From Octopus bimaculoides (taxonomy: Eukaryota): a stretch of DNA of 55,444 nt. The DNA is taken from assembly GCF_001194135.2 (NCBI RefSeq), contig NC_068989.1:51194764-51250207 (forward strand), given 5' to 3'. A program made the translations under genes and the position numbers. Numbering within the stretch: the first letter of the stretch is position 1; each line of letters begins with the position of its first letter. The notes under the pieces are model-generated. The model saw nothing but the letters and a program-made list of their open reading frames with translations, was not told the DNA's origin and did not search any database. Shown piece after piece: positions 10,041-21,033 of this stretch.

Positions 10041-12450
10041 AAAGACGGAAGATGTAATATACAAGAATTCATTATTAATCATGACAATTGTTTGGACACA
10101 TCTAGCATCGATTCCTCATAGGTGGGACACTCAACAATTGATTCAGGAGCCTCCGGCGGTGTAGTTCTGTCTTCCCGGGTGATAAAGAACTGCAAATTAG
10201 TAAAATAACAGTTCCGCAATGTAACTTCCCGTTTTGTAGACAGAAAAGGAAGCAAACGGAGTAAGCATTTTCATTTATATAGAACAGAAGTAGAATCACA
10301 GATGGCCAAAGAAAAACGAACACGCAATCCACCGAGAAAAGTATTAAAATTAACCGTTAAGAAATATGGATGTATAAACACTCTCGGTCAAGCTGCATGG
10401 CTCGTGTACACTTGCTCATACAAGCATACGCAAAAATGTGAGGTTTAGTGCACTCATTATCACAAAAAGTTAACTATCTACTTAGGTTTTGTAAGTAAAC
10501 TTATGTCATCCATACATTAAAGTAAATTAAATTATGTGAACCGTTACTCAAAATTCAGTCCTACTGCGTAATGCGAAAGTACATTCATATGCATGTAGGC
10601 ATCTCGAGACTCGTTCAGAAATTTTACTAATGATATTGTCGTTAATCCGCAGAATAGACAGGGATTCCACGGAGCAGAGATGGAACTCCTGGAAATTATA
10701 TTCTATGGTTTCGCGTACCATAATATGGACCAAGTTATTCGGTACTTCATTTTACCTTCCTTCAGTCGCCATACAACATCTGCCAAAGATGCTGAATGTC
10801 TCTTATTGATTGTCTTAAAGCCGGCACCATGGTTACGATAATGACTCTTAAATGAATCAGTCGTCTGCCCAATGTAAACATACAATCCTCCCCTTGTATG
10901 CATGGTACATTTATATATCAGATTTGTACTCATACAGATATTCATTAAAGGCCGTTTTCATTTTTCTCTGTATGAGCATTTACATTTATAGCATTTATTT
11001 GTATATAAGGCAGTCCCGACTCCATTTACCAGCGTTGTTACCGTGTTAGCTGTATCATAAGTATTTCTACTACTACAAATTGGTCGTGATTGGTGTTTAT
11101 CATTGTAGTTTACATCTCCTTTGTTGGTATTTTGATGTAAATGTTCGCTAGATCCAGTAGGTGGGTTATTGAACCTTTGTTGCAGCAGAATCATATGAAC
11201 CCATTGCTATATGAAATGCATTCTTCCTATCTAATCTACTCCATAATATAACATAAAAAACTACTACAGTGGCTCGCACGACAAGTATAATATTTATTTC
11301 ACTTCGAGACAAATCAGAAATGTTCATACTAAAAATCAGGGCTTGATTAAGAAACATCGGGCTAATAGTGGAATATAGCTCTCTATGTCTTGTTGCAAGA
11401 ATTTACTATTCTTACTAATGTCCAGAAGCTTAAACCATCCAACCACTTCGTGGGTATCAGACCAGAGGGCTAATCTAACTTTAGACTTAAGGACGGTTAT
11501 GACCCCATTAATGAATTTTTTTTTTACTAATAATGCCTATATCGGATTTAGAATGACAAATCGAACAGAGGGGTCGATAAGAAAGTTAGGTTTATGGTCC
11601 TTAAGCATAATCCGGGGTTTTCGAGGGACGTGATGTTCGGTTCTATCATACATGGCTAGATCTCTGACGAATTGTATCCCTGTATTGTTAATTATGTTTA
11701 ATACGTCGCTTCTAGCCTAACCTTGTAGTGGTAATTCGTTTTCATACGTCGCTACTAGCCTGTCTATATTTGCTCCGTAATTCCTTCCTAATCTCAGACT
11801 TATTTAGTTCAATATCAACAATTTAAATGTTCCTTGTTTTGTCCGGTGGTACAAGTATCCCCGGAGTTTTCTTGAAGTCGATAAGAAATTTTCTGATTTT
11901 CTGTTGATGTATATTATACATTTTAGCGTACTTCCTGAATTTCACGTTCATAACCATAATTTATAATTCTTCTTCAAATCTGGTTAGGTGTTGTTAGTCT
12001 GTGTTTTCCATCTGTACTTGAATACACTTCTTAGTAGGTCGTTATGTTCAGGTTTGTCGTTTGTTTTAAGTTCCTTGTCGAAAAAGAAAGGTTTCCACCG
12101 CACTCTATGTACAAATTGGTTCGTTTTCTCCAAAAAATCACGTATATAATCCTTGCTACTGGGTATAGGTATGTCCTATAGCGAAACACCCCGTCTTATT
12201 TTATCCAACATCTTGGTACGCTACCGTATAGCACCTTCCTCCTGGAAATCGTAAATTTGTTGTGCATAATGGATAATAAAACGAATGGTTTACACCTGGT
12301 AGCTTACTAGTTAAGCATGGTAATTTTCACGGTGATCTTTATGTACATGGCAAATGAAAGACGGAATATGGAATATACGAAAATTTATTATTAATCACGA
12401 CAATTGTCCCGACACATTTATCGTCATGGGTGGGACACTTAACAACTGTC
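10041..12450 (-). mobile_element. Penelope-like element (family B), near-complete decayed copy bounded by direct repeats (pLTR-like)
   Basis: N-terminal RT region at about 12200-11800 (EKTNQFVHRVRWKPFFF...). RT motif FHIAMGSYDSA at about 11190-11220. GIY-YIG NLIYKC...YVYIGQTTDSFKSHYRNH...LADVVWRLKEGKMKYRITWSIL at 10703-10945, then HLCSVESLSIL...VSRCLH. Direct repeats at 10041-10140 and 12357-12450. Confidence 0.88.
10560..10960 (-). pseudogene. PLE GIY-YIG endonuclease remnant (frameshifted)
   Basis: ORFs 10703..10945 and 10548..10733 give consecutive parts of the PLE endonuclease in different frames. Confidence 0.85.
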
Positions 12451-13595
12451 AGTGAATATACTCTCCTTTGTGGTGGTAGGCGCTGCGACTAACACGACTC
12501 ATTGTATGGTTGATAATAGAATATATGTAAGTGTAATGGAGATATGGTACGTAAATGGGTACACTCTGGAAAGGGAGTGCAATGGGAGGCAGCAATAGGG
12601 AAGTGAAGTGTTGAAATGTTGCAGAAGGCGAAGGGTTGACATTGGATTGCTGGTGTCGCTGTAGAATAAGAAACATAAAGTTAGCTTATGCTGTCACATG
12701 AGAATATGTAGTAATAAATTACGTGGTTGGTATATATATATATATATATATATAAAAGTTGATGTGTATATTAATATTATCTCAGTTTTAAAAAAAACTT
12801 TGACAATGTAAATATGTTAATAGTTACCATAGGTAGCAAAAATTACACAAAAAACAGGATATCACAGCCGTTTTATAGGTAGAGATATCAAATTGAAGTG
12901 ATGCATTTTGAGAAGATATGAATAATAACAATAAATGGAGCAAAACGCATATAAATAAAATTCCTTTAATTCCTACACATGTTTCAAAATATACGTGTGC
13001 TCTCCTCCAAAGAAATAAGAGCTGCTGGAATTCCACATATACTTATCTTCAGAGAATCAACATATAAAAGCAAGACAAATGCGAAATGATGAGGTAACTT
13101 ACGAGTTAAGATGTTATATGGCCAAGTAAGTCTCTCTCTCTCTCTCTCTCTTTATATATANNNNNNNNNNNNNNNNNNNNNNNNNNNNNNNNNNNNNNNN
13201 NNNNNNNNNNNNNNNNNNNNNNNNNNNNNNNNNNNNNNNNNNNNNNNNNNNNNNNNNNNNNNNNNNNNNNNNNNNNNNNNNNNNNNNNNNNNNNNNNNNN
13301 NNNNNNNNNNNNNNNNNNNNNNNNNNNNNNNNNNNNNNNNNNNNNNNNNNNNNNNNNNNNNNNNNNNNNNNNNNNNNNNNNNNNNNNNNNNNNNNNNNNN
13401 NNNNNNNNNNNNNNNNNNATATATATTCTGGATACAAGAGCAAATAATTCATGAGAAAAAATAATTCACGAAAAATTCATTTGCTGAGATATTAATTTTC
13501 TTATAATCTTCTATGACTATATTAAAAAGTGATAATAACAGAATCAATAATATAGGCGATTGCAGGCCCAAGAAAAGCACTAAAGAGCTAAAGGA

Positions 13596-14099
13596 TTAAA
13601 ATTAATCAAAGTACATACTAAGTATGTCAAAACTCTTATTTAAATCGACAATCATACACTGATAATAACTAAAGAAATCAACAGAAAGCAGATCAGGTTA
13701 AGAAAATATACTAACGTACATTTATGTATTTGGACTCCCGTGGATTGCTTTCTACACTGACAAAAAATCGCCTTAGCTTCTTCAGCATGCGTTACCATAA
13801 TAGAGACCCCCAACCTATCGTATTGAAGTCTGCGCCGCAACTGATTCGTTTTGTGACGAAATCTATTACAGCCGCCATTGAGGAAATACTCTCTATCATG
13901 GTATCGCGTGATGACGTAGCTAAAGCGATTTTTTTGCCAGTGCAGAAACCGGTCCACGTGAGTCTAAATACTTATTAACCTGATCTGCTTTTGGTTTATT
14001 TCTGTAGTTATCATCAGTGTATTTTTGGCGATTTAAATAAGAGTTCTGACTGTTACTTCCAGCAGGTAGACATACTTACTGTGTCCTTTGATTAATTTT

Positions 14100-14101
<2 letters not shown>
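13596..14101. mobile_element. MITE with ~220-bp imperfect TIRs, TTAA at both ends
   Basis: Left ttaaaattaatcaaagtacatactaagtatgtc...ctcttatttaaatcg...gcagatcaggttaa...tagaga matches the reverse complement of about 13890-14101. Confidence 0.88.
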
Positions 14102-14145
<44 letters not shown>

Positions 14146-14395
14146 ACTACTTGTTTAATAAGGACTTCTGGTCACGCATCGACAATGATATACAATAGCC
14201 TCTTTCATAATTGCCCCGTGCTAAAGTGTTCACGACCGGACTACAGTTTATCCTTATACGTGAACACGTGTAATTTGTTATTTGAATCTTTCATCTACTT
14301 GGCAAACACTACTTGTTCGAATATGTAATACATTTATGTTATAGCTTATATTTCACTCGCTCTTTAAGTTTTTTTACAGTTAATATTCTTATATT

Positions 14396-14611
14396 AGAAT
14401 CGTTACCATGCCGGGCGAAATGCCTGGCGGTATTTCGTCTACCGTTATGTTATGAGTTCAAATTCCACCGAGGTCGACTTTGCCTTTCATCCTTTCTGGT
14501 CGATTAAATAAGTACCAGTTAAACACTGGTGTCGATGTAATCGACTGAATCCCTTTGTCTGTCCTTCTTTGTCCCCTCTATGATTAGCCCCTCGTGGGCA
14601 ATAAAGAAATA
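14396..14611 (+). mobile_element. tRNA-derived SINE family 2
   Basis: B-box-like gagttcaaattcc, body gtcgactttgcctttcatccttt...aagtaccagt...gtcgatgtaatcgact, tail gtgggcaataaagaaat. Confidence 0.9.
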
Positions 14612-15550
14612 AATATTCGTCATTCATACATCATTCTATTTCAATATCAAATGCACGTTCTGTTAACAACTCTCTTGCAGTGTTATCTTATAACTGTCTG
14701 ATTTAAAGTTTCAATTGTTGCATGCTTTTCTGGCGTTCTAGCTATACATGTACACACTCTCCTGCGACTTCCCTCACGACGTCTAGAAAAATGGATAATT
14801 TTCAAGGAAGTTCCTTAAAATATGTTTCTGGTGTTTCCAATTATTTCAGAATTTGATGGGAAAAGAAGTGTTTTGAGGTTGAGGATAGAAGTTTCGAAAA
14901 TTAACACGAGTCGCCTTAGCACCCTTATAACTTTCAGAAATGGGATACTTTTTAAAGAAATTTTCTAGAAATACATTTCAGAGTGTGTAGATTATGATTA
15001 AATAAGTATTTCATATGAAACTGCGAATTGGTTCGCTAACACACCCACATACTGATACATATCGCACATATCTACAAAATGAAACTTGAAATTTCGAAAA
15101 AAGTTAGGATGTATATCAATATGGATGTGTTCTTTCTTAGCATTTTTTTTCGCATCAAATTTCGTTATAATCGTAAATTACGTACTCTGAAAGGCATTTC
15201 TAAAATAATTCATTTACAAATACACATTGTTTCGAAGGTTACGAGGAAACAACTTCGATTTGTGTGTATTATGAGAAACTTTTCTCTCTATTCCCCAAAA
15301 TATTTTCACAACAAATTACTGCTTAATCACAATCTGCACCATTTGAAACGTATTTGTAGAAAGTTTCATTTAAAAGTATCCATTTGTCTGGAATTAAAAA
15401 GTAAACTAAATCAGTGGGGACTATTTGATTAGGTATGTCCATTGCTTTAACATAAGTAATACTAAGTTCATAATGCTATTAAATATTTATATATCGGTTT
15501 GGTTCGCTTGATTTTAATTAAAAAAAATATTTGATTATATAACTGCATAG

Positions 15551-15910
15551 TGTGATTGAACCCGGAACCATGTGGTTGGGAAGCAAGTGTCTTACCACAC
15601 AGCCACGGTTATCTTCAAGTATACACACACGCCCGCACTTATTATCTTATTCTTTTTTTTATTTGTTTCAGTCATTTGACTGCGGCCATGCTGGAGCACC
15701 TGTTGGTGGGAAGAAACACAGGCGCACAAACAGGCACATATATATATATATACGACGGTCTTCTTTCAGTTTCCGTCTACCAAATGCACTTACAAAGCTT
15801 TGGTCGGCCCGAGGCGATAGTAAAAAATATACTTGCCCAAGATGCCATGCAGCAGGACTGAACCCGGAACCATGTGGATGGTAAGCAAGCTACTTACCAC
15901 GCAGCCGCCA
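15551..15910 (-). mobile_element. Cluster of SINE copies (family 1 head 15551-15608, family 2-type tail about 15640-15715, family 1 about 15752-15910)
   Basis: gaacccggaaccatgtgg...taccac occurs twice; cagtcatttgactgcggccatgctggagcacc lies between. Confidence 0.85.
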
Positions 15911-16044
15911 CATATATTAAGATCAAAATGTGAGATAATTCTGTACATTTTGGTGACTATCAGCATACCGATAATCCGGAGCCTGTGTAATATTTCTATA
16001 TAAATCTATATATATACATATACTGGCTTTAAACTTTAACAAAA

Positions 16045-16230
16045 GGCCAGAAACGTGAAAGGAGTGGGTACATCATTGACATAGGCGTCCGTATTCCCAC
16101 ATGTACTTATTTTCACGACTTCGGTATGACGAAACGCAAAGTCGACTCCGGCAACATTTGGATTCAGAAAATATATATAGCTAATCATTTTGTCCGGCAC
16201 AGTAATGCTTCTGCCAGATCTTTGCCTCAT
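16045..16230 (-). mobile_element. Degenerate SINE family 2
   Basis: gtacttattt...caaagtcgactccggcaacatttggattcagaa...ttctgccag is the reverse complement of the family 2 body and head. Confidence 0.7.
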
Positions 16231-17404
16231 ATTCGTATATATATATTATGCGTGCGCACAGTTCCTCTCGCAGACACACACACAAACACACAAACACACA
16301 AACAAACACACATTCACTCACACACGCACACGCTCACACACGCGCAGGCTCACACACACACTCAGTCATACACACCTACACGTGCAGTGTATGTATATTT
16401 ATACAAACGGAGATGTTCTAATGTAATATATGACAGAATAAGATTGTACATTGAATAGTTGCTTTCGCATATATGAATTTACGAAATATCTGAAATATAA
16501 GATATCTTACATTTCGTATTAAATACAAATGAATTTATGGAAAATGCCTCCCCCCAATTCAATTATCTTTAAAATCAACCACTAATAAATAAAAGCCTAT
16601 GAAATATAATAGCATCGTTTTTCTTATACAAATATGAATTGTTTTGCCGGGCAGAGATCAGGGATATCTGTTTGTCATGACATGATACTTTCGTTTGAAG
16701 ACAGATACGTTCTATTCTTGGAGTTTATGGAAATACAAATGCAACTAGCAAGTGTATAGGCAATGTAAATATGTAAAGAGCACTCCACAAGGTGGCATAT
16801 ATTTGATTTGCTTGTCAACTTACTGGTGAGAATGAGAAAATATGACTAACTGCTGAATACAGTTTTCAAAATTCTCTTCTAAATGCATTAAATCAGATTC
16901 AAGGTGATACATATGGTACAAGCAAAATGTTAAGCTATATATGTTCATGAAACGAGGTCATGAGTTGGAACATCTTGCAAATAGGATCCCATTGATATTT
17001 ACGAAGCTGAAACTTTCGTTTAAATCTGCACTTTTAAAACTTGGCAGACCAGTTCGTCGTATACTCATTCTAGTGAACTTGATGTTGCTCACTATAAAGT
17101 ATGTCGATTTAATGTCTCATATTTTAGTATCAGCTGTAGGTACGTTGTAATGCATAAGTAATGTGAGCTTCAACCTTCAAATTGTGCTAATTTTTCACTT
17201 GTCAGTGTCAAATTATCTGTGAGACAGGAAATGAAGAGTTCCAGCAATATCTCATTCTCTGATATAATTTCCTTGTTTTGCAAAATATATGAAGATGTTC
17301 TCAGGTATTACTTTGATTACCTAGATATGTTTCGATCAAAGTCTGACCCAGACCATGTCTAAATTAATAGCACAAACAGATTCGACCGGCTAACCAGTTT
17401 TAAA

Positions 17405-18543
17405 GACAGGTTTTGTGTTATCGTATCCAATTCAAGTAAGGAATTATTGACAGAACTATATACGGGTATATGTGGCTCGTCTGGTACCGCTTGAAGAAAT
17501 ATACCAGTTTTCGTTTGAAGTTGAGGAGATCTTTTCCCTCATTGATTTGTTTCGGGAGAATGTTAAATAGAGCAGGTCTTGTGGAGGAAAGCAAACTGTT
17601 GGTAGTGAATTTATGTGTTGTAAGCCTCAATTGTGTCGTGGGCGAATAGCACGTGTCCCCAAACAAGGATTCATTCTGTATCTGCTGTTCAGGTCGTTTG
17701 AACAATGCTAGTGGTCGCTTAGAACCGCGGTATGATGAATGAAGACTCAATGTCTTATGGCGGTGACAGTAATTACGATCAGTCATATTTTTTGTGGATG
17801 TTCCTTGTGGTGACTCAATTCTTGTAATGTTTTGTTTCGTGTAGGGAGTGACGTCCTAGATGTATGTGAGGAGTCATGTTCTAGTTGATGGTAGGCGTGA
17901 CTTCTGAATAAACGGCTGCTGACAGCCCGTTGGATCATCAGGCTTATGCCGGCATTCATGATCTTCAGATAGGTCAGTTAATAAGACATTTTTCCTTGAT
18001 TATTTGTCTTATTAAGTGATGTGTTGTGCTTGTTTATTTTATTTAATGTTATGGCTTTCTTGTAGTTCCTTCTGATGGATGGGATTCTTTGTTGGTCGAC
18101 GTGAGGAGGTGGAATGTGGCTGTATTTTGTATTTGTTGCACCTGTCTTTCGTTTTGTGCTTTTCAGATGGTGGTAGCTACATTTCAGGTTCTAGAAGTAG
18201 AAGATTCTGATAGCGTTTAGCACGAATGAAGGTACACCTGTTGCTTTTTCTGCATCCATATCTAGGGTCAGGCTCAGAGATTTTGTATTTGGAACGAGAG
18301 TTGGGGTGAAGGTGGGAACAGTCTTTTGCCGTTCTACGATATGGACAAGTGTCCTTTATAAGTATATGGCATAATGGAGGATGAGAGAAGGGAGCAGTCT
18401 TCTTGGTTGTTGCTGCTGTTTGCTGCAACTTAACACATATACCTTGAGAATAATTAGGACAAGATTTTAAGAAGTTTAATGTTTTCTTTCTGAATTTGAA
18501 GTGAAGTAGAGGGTGAGTCGTTGATCGGAGTTCTTAATGTAGC

Positions 18544-18602
<59 letters not shown>

Positions 18603-18900
18603 ATAGTTTCTGTTGAAGTGAAATCTGACCTGTCGTGATGATAGTAGTCTCTTGAATTGAATTCCAACTTACTAAAGTAAGTCTGAGCGGAATGAGATCA
18701 GATGGTGAAATCAAGCAGACACTATTTGATGTTGGCTAACGGATAGTTGACGTTCTCCTGTTCCGTTGCCATGGCACCAAGTGGTGCTTTGCACCTGTTG
18801 ACCAGTATAGCTTCTAGTTGTCCATGTTCGTGTGTTCGTTTTATTCTCAATTTCCTTAGCGGTTCTTTAAAGAGATTGTGAAGCTAATTTTTCAGCAACT
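17405..18900 (-). mobile_element. Heavily deleted LINE remnant, CR1/L2-group-like; contains a (TAG)n microsatellite at about 18540-18600
   Basis: ORF 17418..17786 ends with ALFNILPKQINEGKDLLNFKRKLVYFFKRY...YLNW, resembling the post-RT C-terminus of these LINEs. An upstream Cys/His-rich ORF1-like stretch is at 18177..18428. Confidence 0.6.
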
Positions 18901-18994
18901 TTACTATAAATATTGGTTATTTCATCATCTTTATGATGAGCATAAAAAGGGTAAAGAACACGCCACTTCAGTCATGAATGACCTTGGGATTGCA

Positions 18995-19290
18995 ACTAGA
19001 AAGTTCTCCGTAGCACAAGTCTCGTCAAGATTGTTTGTGAGAGACCAGCGGTCAACCATGCATTCCAGTCTTCCCTCTCTACGCCACCGATGTTACACAA
19101 GGTAAAGGCCGAAACAGCCGTGACACCTGTGACATCGTAACTCATTTTTACAGACAGGTGAGTGAACTGGAGCACCGTGAAATAAAGTGTCTTCTTTAAG
19201 AAAACGTCACACAGCTCGGTGCAGGAATCGAAATCACAACCTCATGAATGTGAGCCTGACGCTCTAACCGTTGAGCTATGCGTCTTCGCT
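18995..19290 (-). mobile_element. tRNA-derived SINE family 3
   Basis: Minus head gcatagctcaacggttagagcg (A box)...gatttcgattcc (B box), central aagacactttatttcacggtgctccagttcactca, and a distinct LINE-like tail. Confidence 0.85.
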
Positions 19291-20764
19291 GATGCGCGTA
19301 CCAAGCTTTTATTATTGCACTAATATCATTTCCTACCCAGTGCCGTTTCAAAATGTTACTGGCCATGTTCAGTAGAAAATTTAGTATTATGCACTAGTTA
19401 TTGTTGAGTTAGATAATTTAATTTAAATATATGTCCGTAAGACAGTTTATCTGTGATATATGCGGAGGTATAAGTATAAGAGTATATCTGGGTAAGTGTG
19501 TACTTGCGTAATGTCTGTGATTCCAGCGTATTTAATACACATCAGAAGAAATTTACAGAGCATGTGAATTTGTGACATCGGAAACAAGCTGGTTCTCAAT
19601 GAAATTGCACCAGAGTTTTTAAAAGTAATCTTTAGATTTAACAGACATTGCTTGTTCATTTTTCTATGAAGGTGATATCTCTCAGCAATATGTCTCACTT
19701 AAAAAGAAAAAAAAATGCATCATTGTTATCGTTATTGTCACATTAATATGAATTGTCAATATTGTGTAGCACTGTCTGAGACCTTGTTTTAATTTATCTT
19801 TTAATTAAATTTTACTAAAATTGTCTGCTATCTATCTAATTAATAAAAATCGATATTGCTATGAGTGATATCTAAATATATTCATTATGTCATGTACGCA
19901 TGTTTGATTTTTCAAGACGTTCATTGAAGTGAATATCAATAAATCTCATTATCTAATTAATCTGATTAATAGTAAACATAGAATAATATTTACATTTATA
20001 TTGAGTTCCAATTTTCTTGGCTTCCTATTGTCGAAAGTAAATTTCTTGAATAGTTTGAAATACATTGAAATGAGAGATATTTATAGGTATTATTAAGAAG
20101 GTCAGAGGACTGAAAAATTATTGGACATTGCCCCATGCCGTCTGTGAGTAATAAATAACAACGTGTTGTTTAGGATTCTTGTTCCTTAATGTTAATTAGT
20201 TCTCTCTGATACATTTGAAGAAAAGAATTTCTTCAATGAAAGGATTGCAATTACATTGCTAGTTTTTTTTTTATGGTACTACATAGGTGAAATGCAAATG
20301 TGAATTCGGCAAGAATAAAACACATCACAAATGATCAAATTATACACCGTAATATATACTTCCCACGCTTTAAACACACCTCCTCTACTTACGACCGAGT
20401 TCCGTTCTGACTGATAGATTGTAAGTCTATCTCATCCTATGTCGCATTTATATTTTTCAACACTATTTTCATTTAAACGCAAGTAATGCTTGAAAACGAA
20501 TGAGAAAGAGACAGTGGAAGGCAGTAGATGCCTGGGTCTGAGAGAGGTCTGTGTTGCCAGATGCTGCATAATTATCGTATGCACGACTGAGAAATATCAG
20601 AAAATTGATTTTTCAATCTATTTCTTTCTTTTTTATTTCCTTATATTTTGTGGTCGTAAGTGCAGGTGGTCATAATTCGCTTAGGACGTGAGTCGAAGAG
20701 AAGGTGTATTCTTATGCTGAAAAGTAATAGCTGTTTCTGATTTAGACAATTGTGAAGAAAGGAA

Positions 20765-21033
20765 GATAATGCCCTCCTTCGATGCAGAAGGTTGAAAGGT
20801 AAAATGTAAGTTCGACGGGATTTGAACTCAGATTTTAAAAGACCGAAATATACACTGCTAAAATTTTTTCTAACGGTCTGTATATGATCAAACTTTTCAA
20901 ATGTTCATATATAATTCAAAGGATGCGAGCTGGCAGAATCGTTAGCACAACGGGTAAAATTCCGACAAGTTGAACTTTGCAGTTCATTTCAAGGTCAATA
21001 AATTAAGTACCAGTCGAGAGCCGGAGTCGATCC
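20765..21033. mobile_element. Two partial SINE family 2 copies, head-to-head (minus about 20765-20875; plus about 20921-21033, internally deleted)
   Basis: ttgaaaggtaaaatgtaagttcgacgggatttgaactcaga on one side; gcgagctggcagaatcgttagcac...aattaagtaccagt on the other. Confidence 0.7.

Noticed and set aside
14000-14020. CTGATGA...GAAA on the minus strand in the MITE arm
   Set aside because: No pairable stems, and the opposite arm has CTGATAA.
19225-19290. tRNA-like sequence
   Set aside because: It is the SINE head: no complete acceptor stem, and it continues into the SINE body.
19447-19492. Plus-strand FICDICG, zinc-finger-like
   Set aside because: No His pair follows and the acceptor is poor; probably coincidence.
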